From Lama glama (taxonomy: Eukaryota), in NCBI GenBank assembly GCA_028534125.1, contig CM052816.1, positions 82,276,001 to 82,340,000 of the forward strand: DNA of 64,000 nt, written 5' to 3'. Made by a program: the position numbers and the translations under genes. Shown piece by piece: positions 13,871-26,385 of the stretch. The notes under the pieces are model-generated. The model made no database searches, had not been told where the DNA came from, and worked only from the letters and a program-made list of their open reading frames with translations. Position 1 is the stretch's first letter. Every line of letters begins with the position of its first letter.

Positions 13871-14383
13871 TTTCTATAGTAAATTTTCATCTCTGCTACT
13901 CTTTGGAAAAATTTCTCATATAACACAGGCCCCTTCATGCATCCTTGAGCATAACTACATAAAAGAAATTGGATTAAATGGAACCTATTTTACAATTCAA
14001 CCTCATATTTGTTGGTGTTAAAAAATGAATTTGACAGGGCACTTTCATCTAACTACTGATGAGTCATAAATCATCAAGCAATAACCTTAAGGCCTCGGTG
14101 AATTTCTCACCATTCTTCAGCACCTGCCAGAATCCAAGCTAACATCCAAAGCTTTTTAGGGTTAAAGAAGATAGCAACACTTCATATGCTATAAACATTA
14201 TGTATGTGTAATAGCACCTCACAAATTAATCATATTAGAATCTCCGAGGGCAATGATCACATTTTTTCTTCTTTGTGGTGTAGCCAGCACGTACCTCCAA
14301 AATTTAGCACCTACCTCCTTGATGGTGGGTATTCAACAAATATTGTTCAATATGTGCATATTGATTGTATCTTTGACAATTGA

Positions 14384-15123
14384 TAGCAGAAGATCTTTTA
14401 AGTGATTCTCTTAACCAATCTTCTGGATTAACTTCATTCCTTCCAAAGCGTGCTGACTGTTGCCCAAAGCACTCTGAGTGCTACGGCTAGTCGATTATTC
14501 TCTAGCCCACCTGCTCACATAGGACCCATATCAAAATTTAGTTGAGCTTGGTCCTAAATGTGTTAATGTTACTTGAACTGGTTAGGGTGAACTAATTTGG
14601 TGAATTTGAAAATTAATTACATTATACTAATAGAAAATGAATATAAAATGTAAGGGAGATGATTTCTTTGAAAACCATGTCAAATGCTTTTGAAAGAGTC
14701 AGTAGATGTGAGTCGCTAAAAATTACTATCCAAATGGACGTGAATAGAACATTAGTGAAATATATAAAAATTAGTGAAATCTAGAAGATTTACTTAAAAA
14801 TCTGTACTTTGTTAACAGTGTTTTTATGTTTTTGCTCTACTTTAAAGAATACTAAACTAGAAGTCATAGATGATGCATTATAGATGAATTTATTGATGAA
14901 AAACAATGGGGAAATCCAATCAGTAGACTTATACACAGTAAAATTTGTCTTGGTCCTTACATCAAAATAATAGCAAAAGATGTAGATTTGTTTGTTTTTA
15001 GATTAAATAAAATGTTTATGGAAAATATGCATCATTTAAAAAAATCCCTTCTGTAATCAATTTTATTTTTGAACAATCTATCAACTGATTGTTTCAATGA
15101 GTTGGGTAAGATAGCCATTGCTG
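14384..15123 (+). mobile_element. Tigger (TcMar/pogo) DNA transposon, Tigger13a-like
   Basis: Decayed transposase HTH-coding segment AATGCTTTTGAAAGAGTCAGTAGATGTGAGTCGCTAAAAATT...CTAAACTAGAAGTCATAGATGATGCATTAT...TCCAATCAGTAGAC; ~740 bp with degenerate termini. Confidence 0.75.
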
Positions 15124-15629
15124 TTTTTCTTGAGAGCAAAATATATTAAGGAAGTCTGCATCAGCACTTAAACAGAGGAATGGATAGTCCTTAATAACTG
15201 TTCAAGCACACCACTGGGTTCTAGCCTTTACCATCCTGGCCCTGAATAGAGACATTAACTTTCTCATAAGGCCATTTTATTGCATGTTTACAGCTCTCTT
15301 CACATAATAAACCATTCCTATCAGAGAAAGGAAACATTAGGGAGTCATTCTGAGGATATCAGAATATCATCAAGCAGCAGTGATTTGGAAACAGTCATCA
15401 CCTAGGTTCATGCCATTGTTTGGTAATGTTATGCATTGATGAACAGCTCCATTCCATTGAACACTAGTATATTTCTCATTTTGTTTTTGGGAAGTGGTCA
15501 GAACCAGAAATAAGTATTTTTGTGGGACTGATTTGGCCTTTAAATAGGATGTTACTTGCCAGGAAAAGACACCTTGGACGTACAGGAAAGCCTCTGTAGC
15601 ACGAGCTTATGGAAAATTCTTTTCACAAG

Positions 15630-16534
15630 TGTGGCAGATGGCAGATAGGCCTTAGGGAAGCTCCATGGTCATGCCCTGTATAATCCTCTCCCTTTGAGTC
15701 TGTGACTTGCTTCTAACCAACAAATACAGCAAAAGGTGATGGAACACTATTCCCATAATTAGGTTATCTGTCTGCCTGTCTATCTGTCTATCTATCTATC
15801 CACATGCATATGTAGTTCTGTTTTGTTAGCATACACTAGAGGTATTGTGATGACCTTAAGAGACAAGTTTATATGATAGAAACTGCATATGGAGATGGTC
15901 TGCTGTAGACTGAATGTTTGTATCCCCCACAAGTCTGTATATTGAAATCCTAACCCTCAAGGTAATGGTATTAGGAAGTGGAGCCTTTGGGAAGTGATTA
16001 GATGGAATTAGTGTTGTTAGAGAGATTCCTTGCCTCTTCTACCATGTGAGGACATAGGGAAACAGAAAAGATGGTGGCTGTCTATAAACCATGAAGCCGG
16101 CTTTCTCCAGACACCAATCTGCTGGCTCCTTCATCTTGGACTTCCCAGCCTCCAGAACTGTGAGAAATCTATCTCTGTTGTTTATAAGCCACCCAGTCTA
16201 CAGTATTTTGTTATAGCAGCCTAAACAGACTGAGACTAGGTCACGTGGAGGGAAAACGTGGATGGTCTCTAACAACGGAAGGATTTAGTTGGACAACTGA
16301 AAGGAACTGAATTCTGTCAATAATCCTATGACTTTGGAAGAGGCCCCAAGTTCTAGAAGAGAATGCAGCCTGGCAGACACCTTGATCATCTCATGAGACC
16401 CTGAGGAGAGGACTTAGTTGAGCTGTGTCTGAATTCCTGACCCACAGAATCTATAAGATGATAAATGAAATGTCTGTTGTTTTAAGCCACTGAGTTTGTG
16501 GTAATTTGTTATCCATTAAGAGAAAACTAATATA
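15630..16534 (+). mobile_element. MaLR LTR (MLT1E/F-like) interrupted by a younger MLT1A-type LTR
   Basis: TGTGGCAGA...CCCTTTGAGTCTGTGACTTGCTTCTAACCAA start; ...TTTTAAGCCACTGAGTTTGTGGTAATTTGTTA...AAAACTAATATA end; (TCTA)n at ~15767-15800. Confidence 0.85.
15901..16237 (+). mobile_element. MLT1A/MLT1A0 LTR (nested)
   Basis: TGCTGTAGACTGAATGTTTGTATCCCCC...CCCAGCCTCCAGAACTGTGAGAAAT...GACTGAGACT; 5-bp TSD TGGTC (15896-15900) / AGGTC (16238-16242). Confidence 0.9.
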
Positions 16535-19500
16535 GCAGGATCAGTGGGCAATTCTTTTGGTTTTATTTCTATCTCTTTCTTTCTATAAAGTGACTCAGGA
16601 TGAATGGATGCAAATGATGTTAGTTCATCGAATTGAAAAACTTTCCCAGGTTCTAACCCTTCTAAAATACCTGACAATGTATTAGCTCCGTTTTCTCTAC
16701 ATTTATTTATCAAAGGTCTTTCTGAGTGTCTTCTGTTTCTTAGTTGTCTGATAGGTTTTTTCCCCTTCATTTGTTACTATTTACTGAGTCAGACATTTTA
16801 AATTTATTTTTAAAGGAATAAAAAAAGAAATCAAATAAAGTTTAGGCAAATAAAAACGCGTTCTTACTGGATTTATTAGCTTGAGAGAGAAAGATCTGTG
16901 GATGTTTTGGAAAAACAGAGAAGGCATCATTATCATGAGTGACCACATTCTGTTGGTTCCTTTGGAAATATATCCAGTACCCTCCTGCTCATTTTACTCT
17001 CTCCTTTCTCTTACTCCTTCCATTTTTCCCTTGTCCCCAGGCCACCATACTCCATTCTATCACTGAGTTAAGTGGAAGATCCATTCTGTACAAGTGATAC
17101 AGAGGATATTTGCTTATAGAAATACAGTCTACAAAGTGAAATTTCTCCTTTATTGCTCATACCAGCATGGGTGTTGTGTGTCTCTTCAGGAACCTTTGGA
17201 GATGGAGGAAGGCAAAGGAAGACCGCTTTCATTTCTATTGATTACAATATAACAGTCAATCTTGAGTCTTTCTATAGAGTTACCACTGATCTTGTGAAAA
17301 CTCTCAGGTGGAATGAATAGGTATCTTGCCCTTAGTGCCCATAAGTGCTCTCCAAACATACAACCTGGGTTTATGGCATTATTTTATGCTTTTATTTTCA
17401 CTCTGGAAAAGCAACACAATACTGGTTATTAATTTAATTCTAAATGAAGCATATTCTTATGTATGTGAATTTGCCCACACGGCCTCCTTTAATGTTAATG
17501 AGGGTGTAAAAGATTGACTCTGTATCTTGAGCTGAAAGGTTTTCACTTTGCAGCTGCCTCAGAAAGAGCCAAGGAGAGCTCTTATGTCATTGTCATGCCA
17601 ACCAAAAGTAAAATGTTTTTTACTTAATGATGAGAAATAATTCCCAGCTCTACTCACCTGGAGGGGAGTGAAAAATGGCTCATCCAACTTTCAGTCATTA
17701 AGTTCTTTGAATGTCAATAATAAAAGCAGAGCTTTTAAACAATCGCAATAACCAAAAAGTAAAAAAAAAATTTGTTTTCTGTGTTGAGAACCTATGAAAA
17801 ATTATCTCTTGGACCAAACAAAGGAAATGAATAGAGAGATTTAAAACAAGATACAGTGGGAGATTCTTCTATCTGTGTAAATAAGGAGCAACTGTCATAG
17901 GAAGACACACATTAATCAAGTAATTAACCTTTAAATAGTGTTATTTATTTTGCAGAGCAATTTTGCCAGCCCAAGAATTATGGAGAGAGTTAAAAAAATA
18001 ATATATGTTAACTCTTTAATGGCTTAAAGAGTTCATATCATCTAAGTGGCTGACAGATTGCAGTGTAACTAGAGCTGAGGAACTGGCGTGCAGGACTAGG
18101 CTGTCAGTCAAGCAGGTGTCATCTTTGCAAAAGCCCGGAACACGTCTTTTTTATTATTGAAGAGCATTGTCATGTTGGCAGATTCAGGGACAGATTCTGA
18201 AATAAAAAAAAAAAATTCATGCAAATAGAAGTATCTCATTCTCCCTATCTGCTTAATGCTTTTCCTCTCGAGGCTGAAGGCCTTCTAGATCATTTCTGGT
18301 CATTAGACTCAATTAAGAATTAGGAACAGAAAACTGATTTTCACCCACCTCCCAGTGCATCCACATTAGGTGGCACATGGATGTTAAGCCTGTTAATAAT
18401 TCAAAACGTGGCGTAGACAAATTTCCTTGAAACTTAACAGTTTGGAGAAAAAGAACATATCCAGGTTACCCCAGAGGAGAAAACAAATTACCTTTTGCCT
18501 TTCTGACATCTTATTCTCCTTCAGTGCACCTGGCCAATCTCCACCTGGCAGCGCTCTCAATCACCCAGATGGAAAGGGAGTTTAGGTGACCCCTTCAAAA
18601 ACTGATGAGGTTCAGCCTCACCACTGGTCTAATAGAATGTGCTCTATAGTGGAACAGTCTACATTATATGCATCTGTCTTTCAGGGACCAATAGACTGCA
18701 AATATTCTTGTTTTGCACCATAAAGCAAAGAAATATTTTCCTGACTGTTTCCACATTTACTTACCCATAATATTATCAGTAGATTGCTTTTATCATCATA
18801 TCTAGTTTCATGGATAATACTTTAGTACTATAGCTTGCTTAATACAGCATTTTAAGCAGGGTTTTTTTTAATCTTCTAATATATGTAGACCAGAAATAAC
18901 ACTTCTTTTAATTATGTGAGTGATTATTTTACCTCCAAGATGTTTAGTGTTTTAAAATCAAGATAATACAGAAGGGGAATATGATGGAAGCTACTGTGTG
19001 TGTACAAAATGATAAAGTAAATCAGTTAGCTAATTTTTCTGCATAAAAATCTTGCAATTGATTATTAGAACTTACTTAGAACTGTTGATTCAAATTCATC
19101 AAGAGGAGGAATGGAATATTTGAAACTCTGAAAATGTCTCTATTTCTATTCCTGCCCACTGACCAGAGAGCTGAATAATGCAAAATTTGAAGAGATTCAG
19201 TTACTAAATAGAAGTCTCTAGAGAATAACCATAAAAGTTTTCATTTACATTACAGTCCTTGTGCACATTAAGAAGGAAGGATCACAAAGTTAAGAGTCTA
19301 TTTCTATTTGAATAATTCCAATATATATTACCAGAGCTAATTTTCCGTAAGGTCCCTAAGACTGTAAGCAGAAACTTTATACTCCCTACTCTCTTGTGAT
19401 CAAAAACTTCCAAATCAGACTTGCAAATCACCTTCTCATCACATCACTGGAGCTGCCAGATAAGAAAGTCTTGTAAGAAAGGGAACAACCAGAGTGCATT

Positions 19501-20149
19501 CATTACTGTCATTGTACTCTAATTGAAGAAGTGACTTCTTTTGTATCCTAAGATAGAAAATCAGTTAAGCTTGTGACTGGGCTCCGTATATGTAGCTCCT
19601 GGCTGAATAGTAGAAGAGTACTTACACAGTCAAGAATACCTATAATGATGGAAAATGCAATAAAATATGGAGTACACTCTTTGAAATTTACTTTAAGATA
19701 GTGATTGCTCTTGAGATACTATTTATTGCCTGTTGCTTTAAAAGTTATTGGAAAGAGCCTCCCCAAAGGGCATTTTCTATTACTCAGCTTACTGTTTTGC
19801 ATGTACAGTCCTTAGTTGTGAAGACATGATAAGTCTTTAATATGTTCTTTATGGATCTTAAATACACATGCCAAATCCATATTGGTCTGCAGAAACAGCT
19901 TTTCTGGCACTGTTCTTTTTCCAGTGGTACCAGTTATATAGTCCCTGACCTCTGCAGGAAGAAGGATGTGCTAAATTCTAAAGCCTCATCAAGGCTGAAA
20001 TAAGCAATATTTGCCTCAGGCCAGGGGTGTATTTTGGAGGGAATGAAGGCAGATCCCAAAGGCGTATATTTATCAGATCTGTAAGCTGTTTTATTATATA
20101 GCTTGAAATTTAAAACACAGATTATTCTATTATTTCATATTTTCATATT

Positions 20150-20270
20150 TTTGAGCTTCAATTTTTTTATATGGAAAATGAGACTAATAATTCCTACTTG
20201 ATATTAGTGTCATAAGTGCAGAATGGGATGATAGATGTGAAAACACTTTGTAAACTACGTAAGTGCAATA
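20150..20270 (+). mobile_element. MIR fragment
   Basis: GAGCTTCAATTTTTTTATATGGAAAATGAGACTAATAATTCCTAC...ATGTGAAAACACTTTGTAAACT. Confidence 0.6.
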
Positions 20271-21487
20271 GAAATGGATTTTTTTAATAAGAAATTATTT
20301 TTACATCTCCTGCTGCTTAGTAATGGAGTAGGCTATCTTGCTAGCTACTTAGCTCCCTATATATATGAGGAAATTAAAGCAGAAATTGTCAGAGGCGCTA
20401 TATAATGATAGATACAGTGGAAGGAACGATTGGCAAGATGATTACATGGTATCTACCAACTGTAAACCTCAGTGACCTCTTGATTTCATTTACAATTCCA
20501 TTTAATTGTAAAGCATTTTTGGAGGATGTGATGATGGGCTTGCCAAATATGCATATCAAGGAGTACATATCAAAACAGTGTTTTAAAAACTATACAGATG
20601 TGGTAAAGATATTTGATTTGTGTACTATTAAGAGATGAACTGTGACAGGTAACTCATTTAAGGTCACATTTGGCCAATATGTCTGTTTCTTTTAGAAATT
20701 GTTACCTATTCTGGGAGCCCTAAGGACCTCAGCAAATCAATCTGCAATCTCAAAGGCAAAATGAAAAGTCTGTTACCTTATTTTACTGTGTTATTTTCTT
20801 CATACAGCATGGATTCATTCAATACCTTAAAAAGTCAAAAATGAATATGCAGCGCTTAGGCTAGAATAAATGCTGAAGACACTAACCCTAATTTTTGCCT
20901 TTCGTTTAATGAAAGATTTCCCATGGCTTGGATGCGTTTGAGTTTATTCTATGTAAGTCCCCTTTGCTCTGTTTTTCTCCATAGTTGGCAATATCCATCA
21001 GATAATGACCTGCCAACCTGACCTGACTTACTATGCAGAGTAATCAAAGTAGGTGAATACCAGCCTGTAGGAGAATCGTATCTCCTGCTTCTCAGTTAAT
21101 GTATGTGTGTCATAGGAACTTCCTGCAAAATTGTGCCTAGGGGCTTTAGAATCCAAGTCAAAGTGATTCATAAAATGGATGCCTTATAAATCTAGCTATG
21201 GAGAATTGATGTTAAGGCCCCTTAAATGCTTGCTAAGTCCATTCACGAGCAGGGATGGTACAGTTATCTCCTTTTTAGTAGCCTTCCATTTTATTGCTCT
21301 TTAAAGAAATCATTAAAGATATTTGAAGTTGTCAGATTCAGAGAACTCGCATTTTGGAAGAATTCCAGGAAGGAAATGCCTTATACAGAAATGCTCCCAA
21401 GATGATTTTGGTGTAGCAAAAGTCTATCCAGTAAAATAGACTAATTCAGGGGTTTTAAAATCACAAATATAATCACATCAGTTTAAC

Positions 21488-21620
21488 TCACTCATTCATT
21501 CATTTATCCATTCATATATATATTTATTGTGCCCTGTAAGAGTCAAGTACAATTTCTGGTTCTTGATTCTTAAGAAGAAACAAGGCATACAGTGCCTGCT
21601 TTCATGAAGCTTATGATACA
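21488..21620 (-). mobile_element. L2 3' end
   Basis: (TCAT)n tail followed by ATATTTATTG...CAGTGCCTGCTTTCATGAAGCTTA. Confidence 0.65.
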
Positions 21621-23967
21621 ATCATTGTACATCTTGTGGGAAGAGATGGTGGTATTATGTTATCTCATGTCATTGGCAACACATTAGCATGTTATACTCT
21701 TATGCATATTATCCCTGTTAAAATGTACTTCCTACGATGGAGAGTAATATTTCTTTGAAAAAAAGTCACCAAAGTTAAGAGTAAATATTAGTAGTGAGAG
21801 AACTGCAAAATGGTAATACAGATTTATTTAGAGAATTCAAATTCATACATACCCTGACTGTGCAGTAGATCAGATTATTGCATGGAGGAATACCTTAAGA
21901 CTGCTGTTAATATGTTTATTCACTGATTAAAAGACACATTTCATTCCAATTCAGTAGAGTTGAAATATATTGTCAGAATAACGGGGAACCCAGACCTCGA
22001 GGAAACCAAGGAGTATTGATGTTGGTATCTTTCTGTTTTCCACAATCCCCATAACACCCTGTTGCTGTCTGCCTCCCCAGGCTTGTTGGGCAAACCAAGT
22101 GGATATTGATAGCTTTTAGGCTTTTAAGGAAAGGGTATATCCTCACCTATAAATTTTACTGCTTAAATCCTTAAATCTCACCGCTAGGCCACCATGCAAA
22201 CTCTCAAATGGCACTAGAAAATCACATGGACATAGACTGGTTGAGATTATCCTAATGAAAATATATGGAGCTAAGCTTTGAAGGGAACAAAAACAAAGAT
22301 GCATTAGACTGTCTCTTACTCTTGAGATTCATGTATTATGGCCCTTGAGAGAAGAGCAACTATCAGGTTAAATGCTGATAAAAGATTGAAATAGCATTTT
22401 ATGATTATAGATGCTTTTTCACAGGGTAGTAGCTGATGAATTACCAAATGAATTACCCAGCCAGGTCTTTGGCCCATTTTATTGGGCATAGGAGGATGAA
22501 TTCTTTCATCCTTGTTGCTCGAGAGGGCTTCTTTTCTATGAGTTAAAATAGCTGAGCTTCCTCTACAGCCGTTAAGAATTTGGTTTCCAGCTAATGCAGC
22601 CCAGGGAAGGGAGAACATTTTAATTATTTTCTCCATTTCTCCTTTACACTGTATGTCTTTACAAAGCAAACATGCCTCTTTGGTGAAAGCTCCTTCCCAC
22701 AGCTTGACAATTCATCACCCATCTCTGAGTGCCTCTCTCGTTTTTGGCTTTTAAGCTCGATGTTCAGACATTTATCTTCACAGAGGTGAACAGAGAGAAC
22801 ATCTTTAAATATGGCATCGATATGTCCCGACCCAGATGAAAGCCTCTTAAGTCAGTTCCCCTCAATCCTGTTACTACACATTAACTCTAAACAGGATTAT
22901 CTACCAGCCTGCCAGTCAAGATGTTCAGAGGAAAGGGGAAAAAAAGGAGAAAAAGAGCTTTTTTGCTCATCAGTCTGCCATGGGACCAGTGGGACGAAAA
23001 TGTTTTTCTGACCTCACTTTATTCACAAGGCTACAAATTGCAGTGACTGCCACATATGCTGTAGGAAAAAAAAAGAAAAAGAAAAAGATCAGAGACACAC
23101 ACACCTCCGTCAGCCTAATTTCCAAAAAGTTAGGCAGAAACTTAATCTTATTTATCTGCATATGTAATTCATAGCATATTTTAATCAACATTTTAAATAA
23201 AGAAGAAATTTAGCAGTTGAGCTCTAAAGAAGTGACAATTTAGATTGAATTGGTTTGGAGTTAATGAAATAATTAGCACCATTTCAATGTGATTAATTTA
23301 TAGCTGTATATTAAGTGCTCAATTAGTTTAAGAAATTCGAGCTCCCCAAGTGCTGGCTGAAGGAGGGGAATGACTCAGCAGTGACAAAGTGTGATTGCAG
23401 TTTAAGTCTTCCAAGTCATTGGCATCAGCTATTGCCATGTCTCTACCTCACTGCATTGACCCTAGGGAATGGCTTCTGGAGGGAGCTATATATAAGCAAA
23501 CCTCAGAAGACCAGAGGATCCACTGTGTAGTAACTGGATTGTGGAGCAAGAGAGCAGATGAGAAAGAGCTTTTCATGATATGATTCATGAAAATCCTATA
23601 GGCAAGCATCAAAGGCAAGATGTTTAGGAGCTTTTGAATTACAGGTTATGGGGATAAAATATCATTGCTATTTCTAAAAAGTCCTTCAAGTTTGTCTTAA
23701 ATAATTGAAATAAAAATGCCTCTTTCACAGTCACAGAACACTCCTTCTTTTCTTAATATATCCAATGATTCTGTTTTACTTTTTGCTGAATAGACTTTTT
23801 GACCAGTATAACTCTGCTCCTTCTTCATACTTTATTTTTAAAGTGCTCAAATACAGTTTTAAGCTTCTCCAATTATATCTCATTCCAAAATTTACAAGTT
23901 TGACTTTTTTAGATTATAATCTCCTAGAGAACATGACCATATCTTCACCTCAACTGTGTACAGTACC

Positions 23968-24438
23968 TGTCCGAAATTGGGAAAGACCTAAGATTTTATC
24001 ATCCTTGCAAGCTCATTTGTTAGCTTGACAGTTTCATGGTTGCTGGCAGAATGGAGGCTACTCCTGGGCCAGAAGTAAAGGACTTTATTACTAAAAGCAA
24101 TAGTAGTACGCAGAATTTCAGATGTTTTGGCACCTGTTCCCCAAGCCCAAGTTCCCACAAGGTAATGAAAAGAGGAACAGGTGATACTTGTACTTACTTG
24201 TACTTAAAATGGGCTGCTTTCCAGGAGAAGAACCCTAAGCTTAGGGAACCCCAAACTTTTATAATGGGTATTAAGGATGCCCACTTTTGCTGCAGGAGGA
24301 GACATTGTTTCTACCATCTAACAACAGTGTTTGTTATGCAAACATTGTACATTGTTGAAAAAATTATCTGGAACAGTGGCAGTATGTGTTGGCAAGATGT
24401 GCAGAAATGTGAGACCCCCAGAGAACTGTCTCCCAACA
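23968..24438 (-). mobile_element. ERVL solo LTR (LTR40-like) inserted in an L2 3' end
   Basis: TG...CA termini; minus strand starts TGTTGGGAGACAGTTCTC; perfect 5-bp TSD GTACC at 23963-23967 and 24439-24443. Confidence 0.85.
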
Positions 24439-26149
24439 GTACCCAGCAAAATGTCTTGTGGAGGAACTGAGACTGTCTATATAAAGAAGCAAAGACTGAG
24501 GAGAACTTGATCTCTGTATTCATGCAACCAAATGGAAAGAGTTTCATCTGTGCTCCTTGGAGCCCTTATTTGGTAAAACAAGAATAAGTGAGTGGGAAAG
24601 TAAATGAAATAAGAGTTTGAATTGCTTGTTTTTACTTTTTTGAGTTATAAGCTAATATATTGTCATTCTGAAAAATTCAGTGATATAGTAATGAAAGCCC
24701 TCTTCACAGCTCTTTCCCATCCCACTTTCCTAGGGATAACCACCGGTAACATTTTGGTTAAAGGAAACAATTTCTAATGATTAAATCTGTCCAAAGTATT
24801 ATAATCAGCTTTCTGGGAAGTATTTTCCTACCATAGACAAATCAAACCACAGCTTGTCAAGGTTATTGGAGTGAACAAAATACCCTTTACAGCCCCTTGC
24901 AACACTTAAATTCCACAACTCTGGAAAAAGTTAAGATTTTGTGCCATTATTCAGTTTATGAATTACTTCCATCGTTATTTTAAGGAAAAATTAATGAGTG
25001 TGTTATATACCAGCTTAGCTATAAGCAAATAATCATTTCTAGTGGAACTGAAACACTTGGGCAATAGAGAAGTCTCCCGTGGAAAGATTTCCATATCCTT
25101 TACACATTACGTTTCTCATAGCAGGGCAGAGACCACATGTCTAGTGGTAAAGAGAAATTAGAACCCCTTTTCAGTTTGTTCTATCATGTAGAAGGAATAT
25201 GACACTTCCACTTCCGTGAATGTTCCCCACTTGACAAGGATTGGTGGCTAGTGTCACAAAACAGAAGGCATTATCATATTCTTTCCTCTGAAAGGAGATT
25301 GTATATTGATTCTTTTTCTATGGCACTTTTCCCAGGAAGGAGAATGGAAGATTTTGAATATAAGCTGTGGTCGCTCATGAACGTAAGGGATGCCAGATAA
25401 GCAAAATAGGAATGAATTTCTTAAATACCAGTTTTCCAAAATTAGTTAAAGTTACAGAGTTTTCTGGCTAAATTACCATGCTAGCTAACTGAAGTTACTG
25501 TATGTGAAAAGGGGCCCCATCTTACTTTGAAGAATGGTCCGTTTTCCCATGACTTGGCATCACTGTAGAGAGGAGGGGATCTAAGGGATGGGTTGACAGC
25601 CGACCAAGACAAGGTGGGTGGAGGAGGCGTGGACAGCGCTGGGCACTGAGTTTGACACATGGTAATCACACAGTATGCATTTGTTGAATGTTGCAGGGAG
25701 TGGAACTGAGGAGTGGTTCTGCTGTCTGTGGGTTTCCCCTTCTTCCCACTGATGAGTGGAAAGTGAGGATTTTGACCCACCCTTCTAGAGGCTTAGTAAT
25801 AAAGCGTTGGGTGTTAACAGTGTGTCCCAATCTGTGAAACCGAGTATACCTGATACCAACTCATAACCTAATGTGACCTTGATAATTCAGAAGGAACAGC
25901 TGCAGGGTCCTTTTTATGATCATGTTTTTAATTTGATCTTTGAAATGCTGTTTGGGAACTTTGGCTATTTTGATTGAATTTTGAAAGCTCGTGTTCATAA
26001 CTGTGTCTGAACATGAACTTAGTGGTGTCCACTCCAGGAATTTCTGTGGAGTAAGCCAGATGTAACTATTTCTAATACCCTGTCCTGAATGCTGTGAATT
26101 GGGCCACTGGAACTTTGTAATTTGCTTAGTCGTTATATCTGAGATGCTT

Positions 26150-26385
26150 ATGTTCTCTCTTCATCTCTCTCTCTATATCTTTATCCATATATACATCCAT
26201 ATATGTAACATATATCCTTCATATATATACAAGTATATGTATACATATTCCCTCTCTCATTTATGTATATATGGATAGATCTTGTCATTGTTTATCTCCT
26301 TTTTAACTGATTCATAAAAACCCAGCTACTAAATTTGTGTGTGTGTGTGTGTGTATGATATATACATATGTACATATATATAGTT
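26150..26385. repeat. Low-complexity TA/CA-rich tract with (TG)n microsatellite
   Basis: ATATAT/CATATA-rich runs; (TG)~10 at ~26335-26354. Confidence 0.8.
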
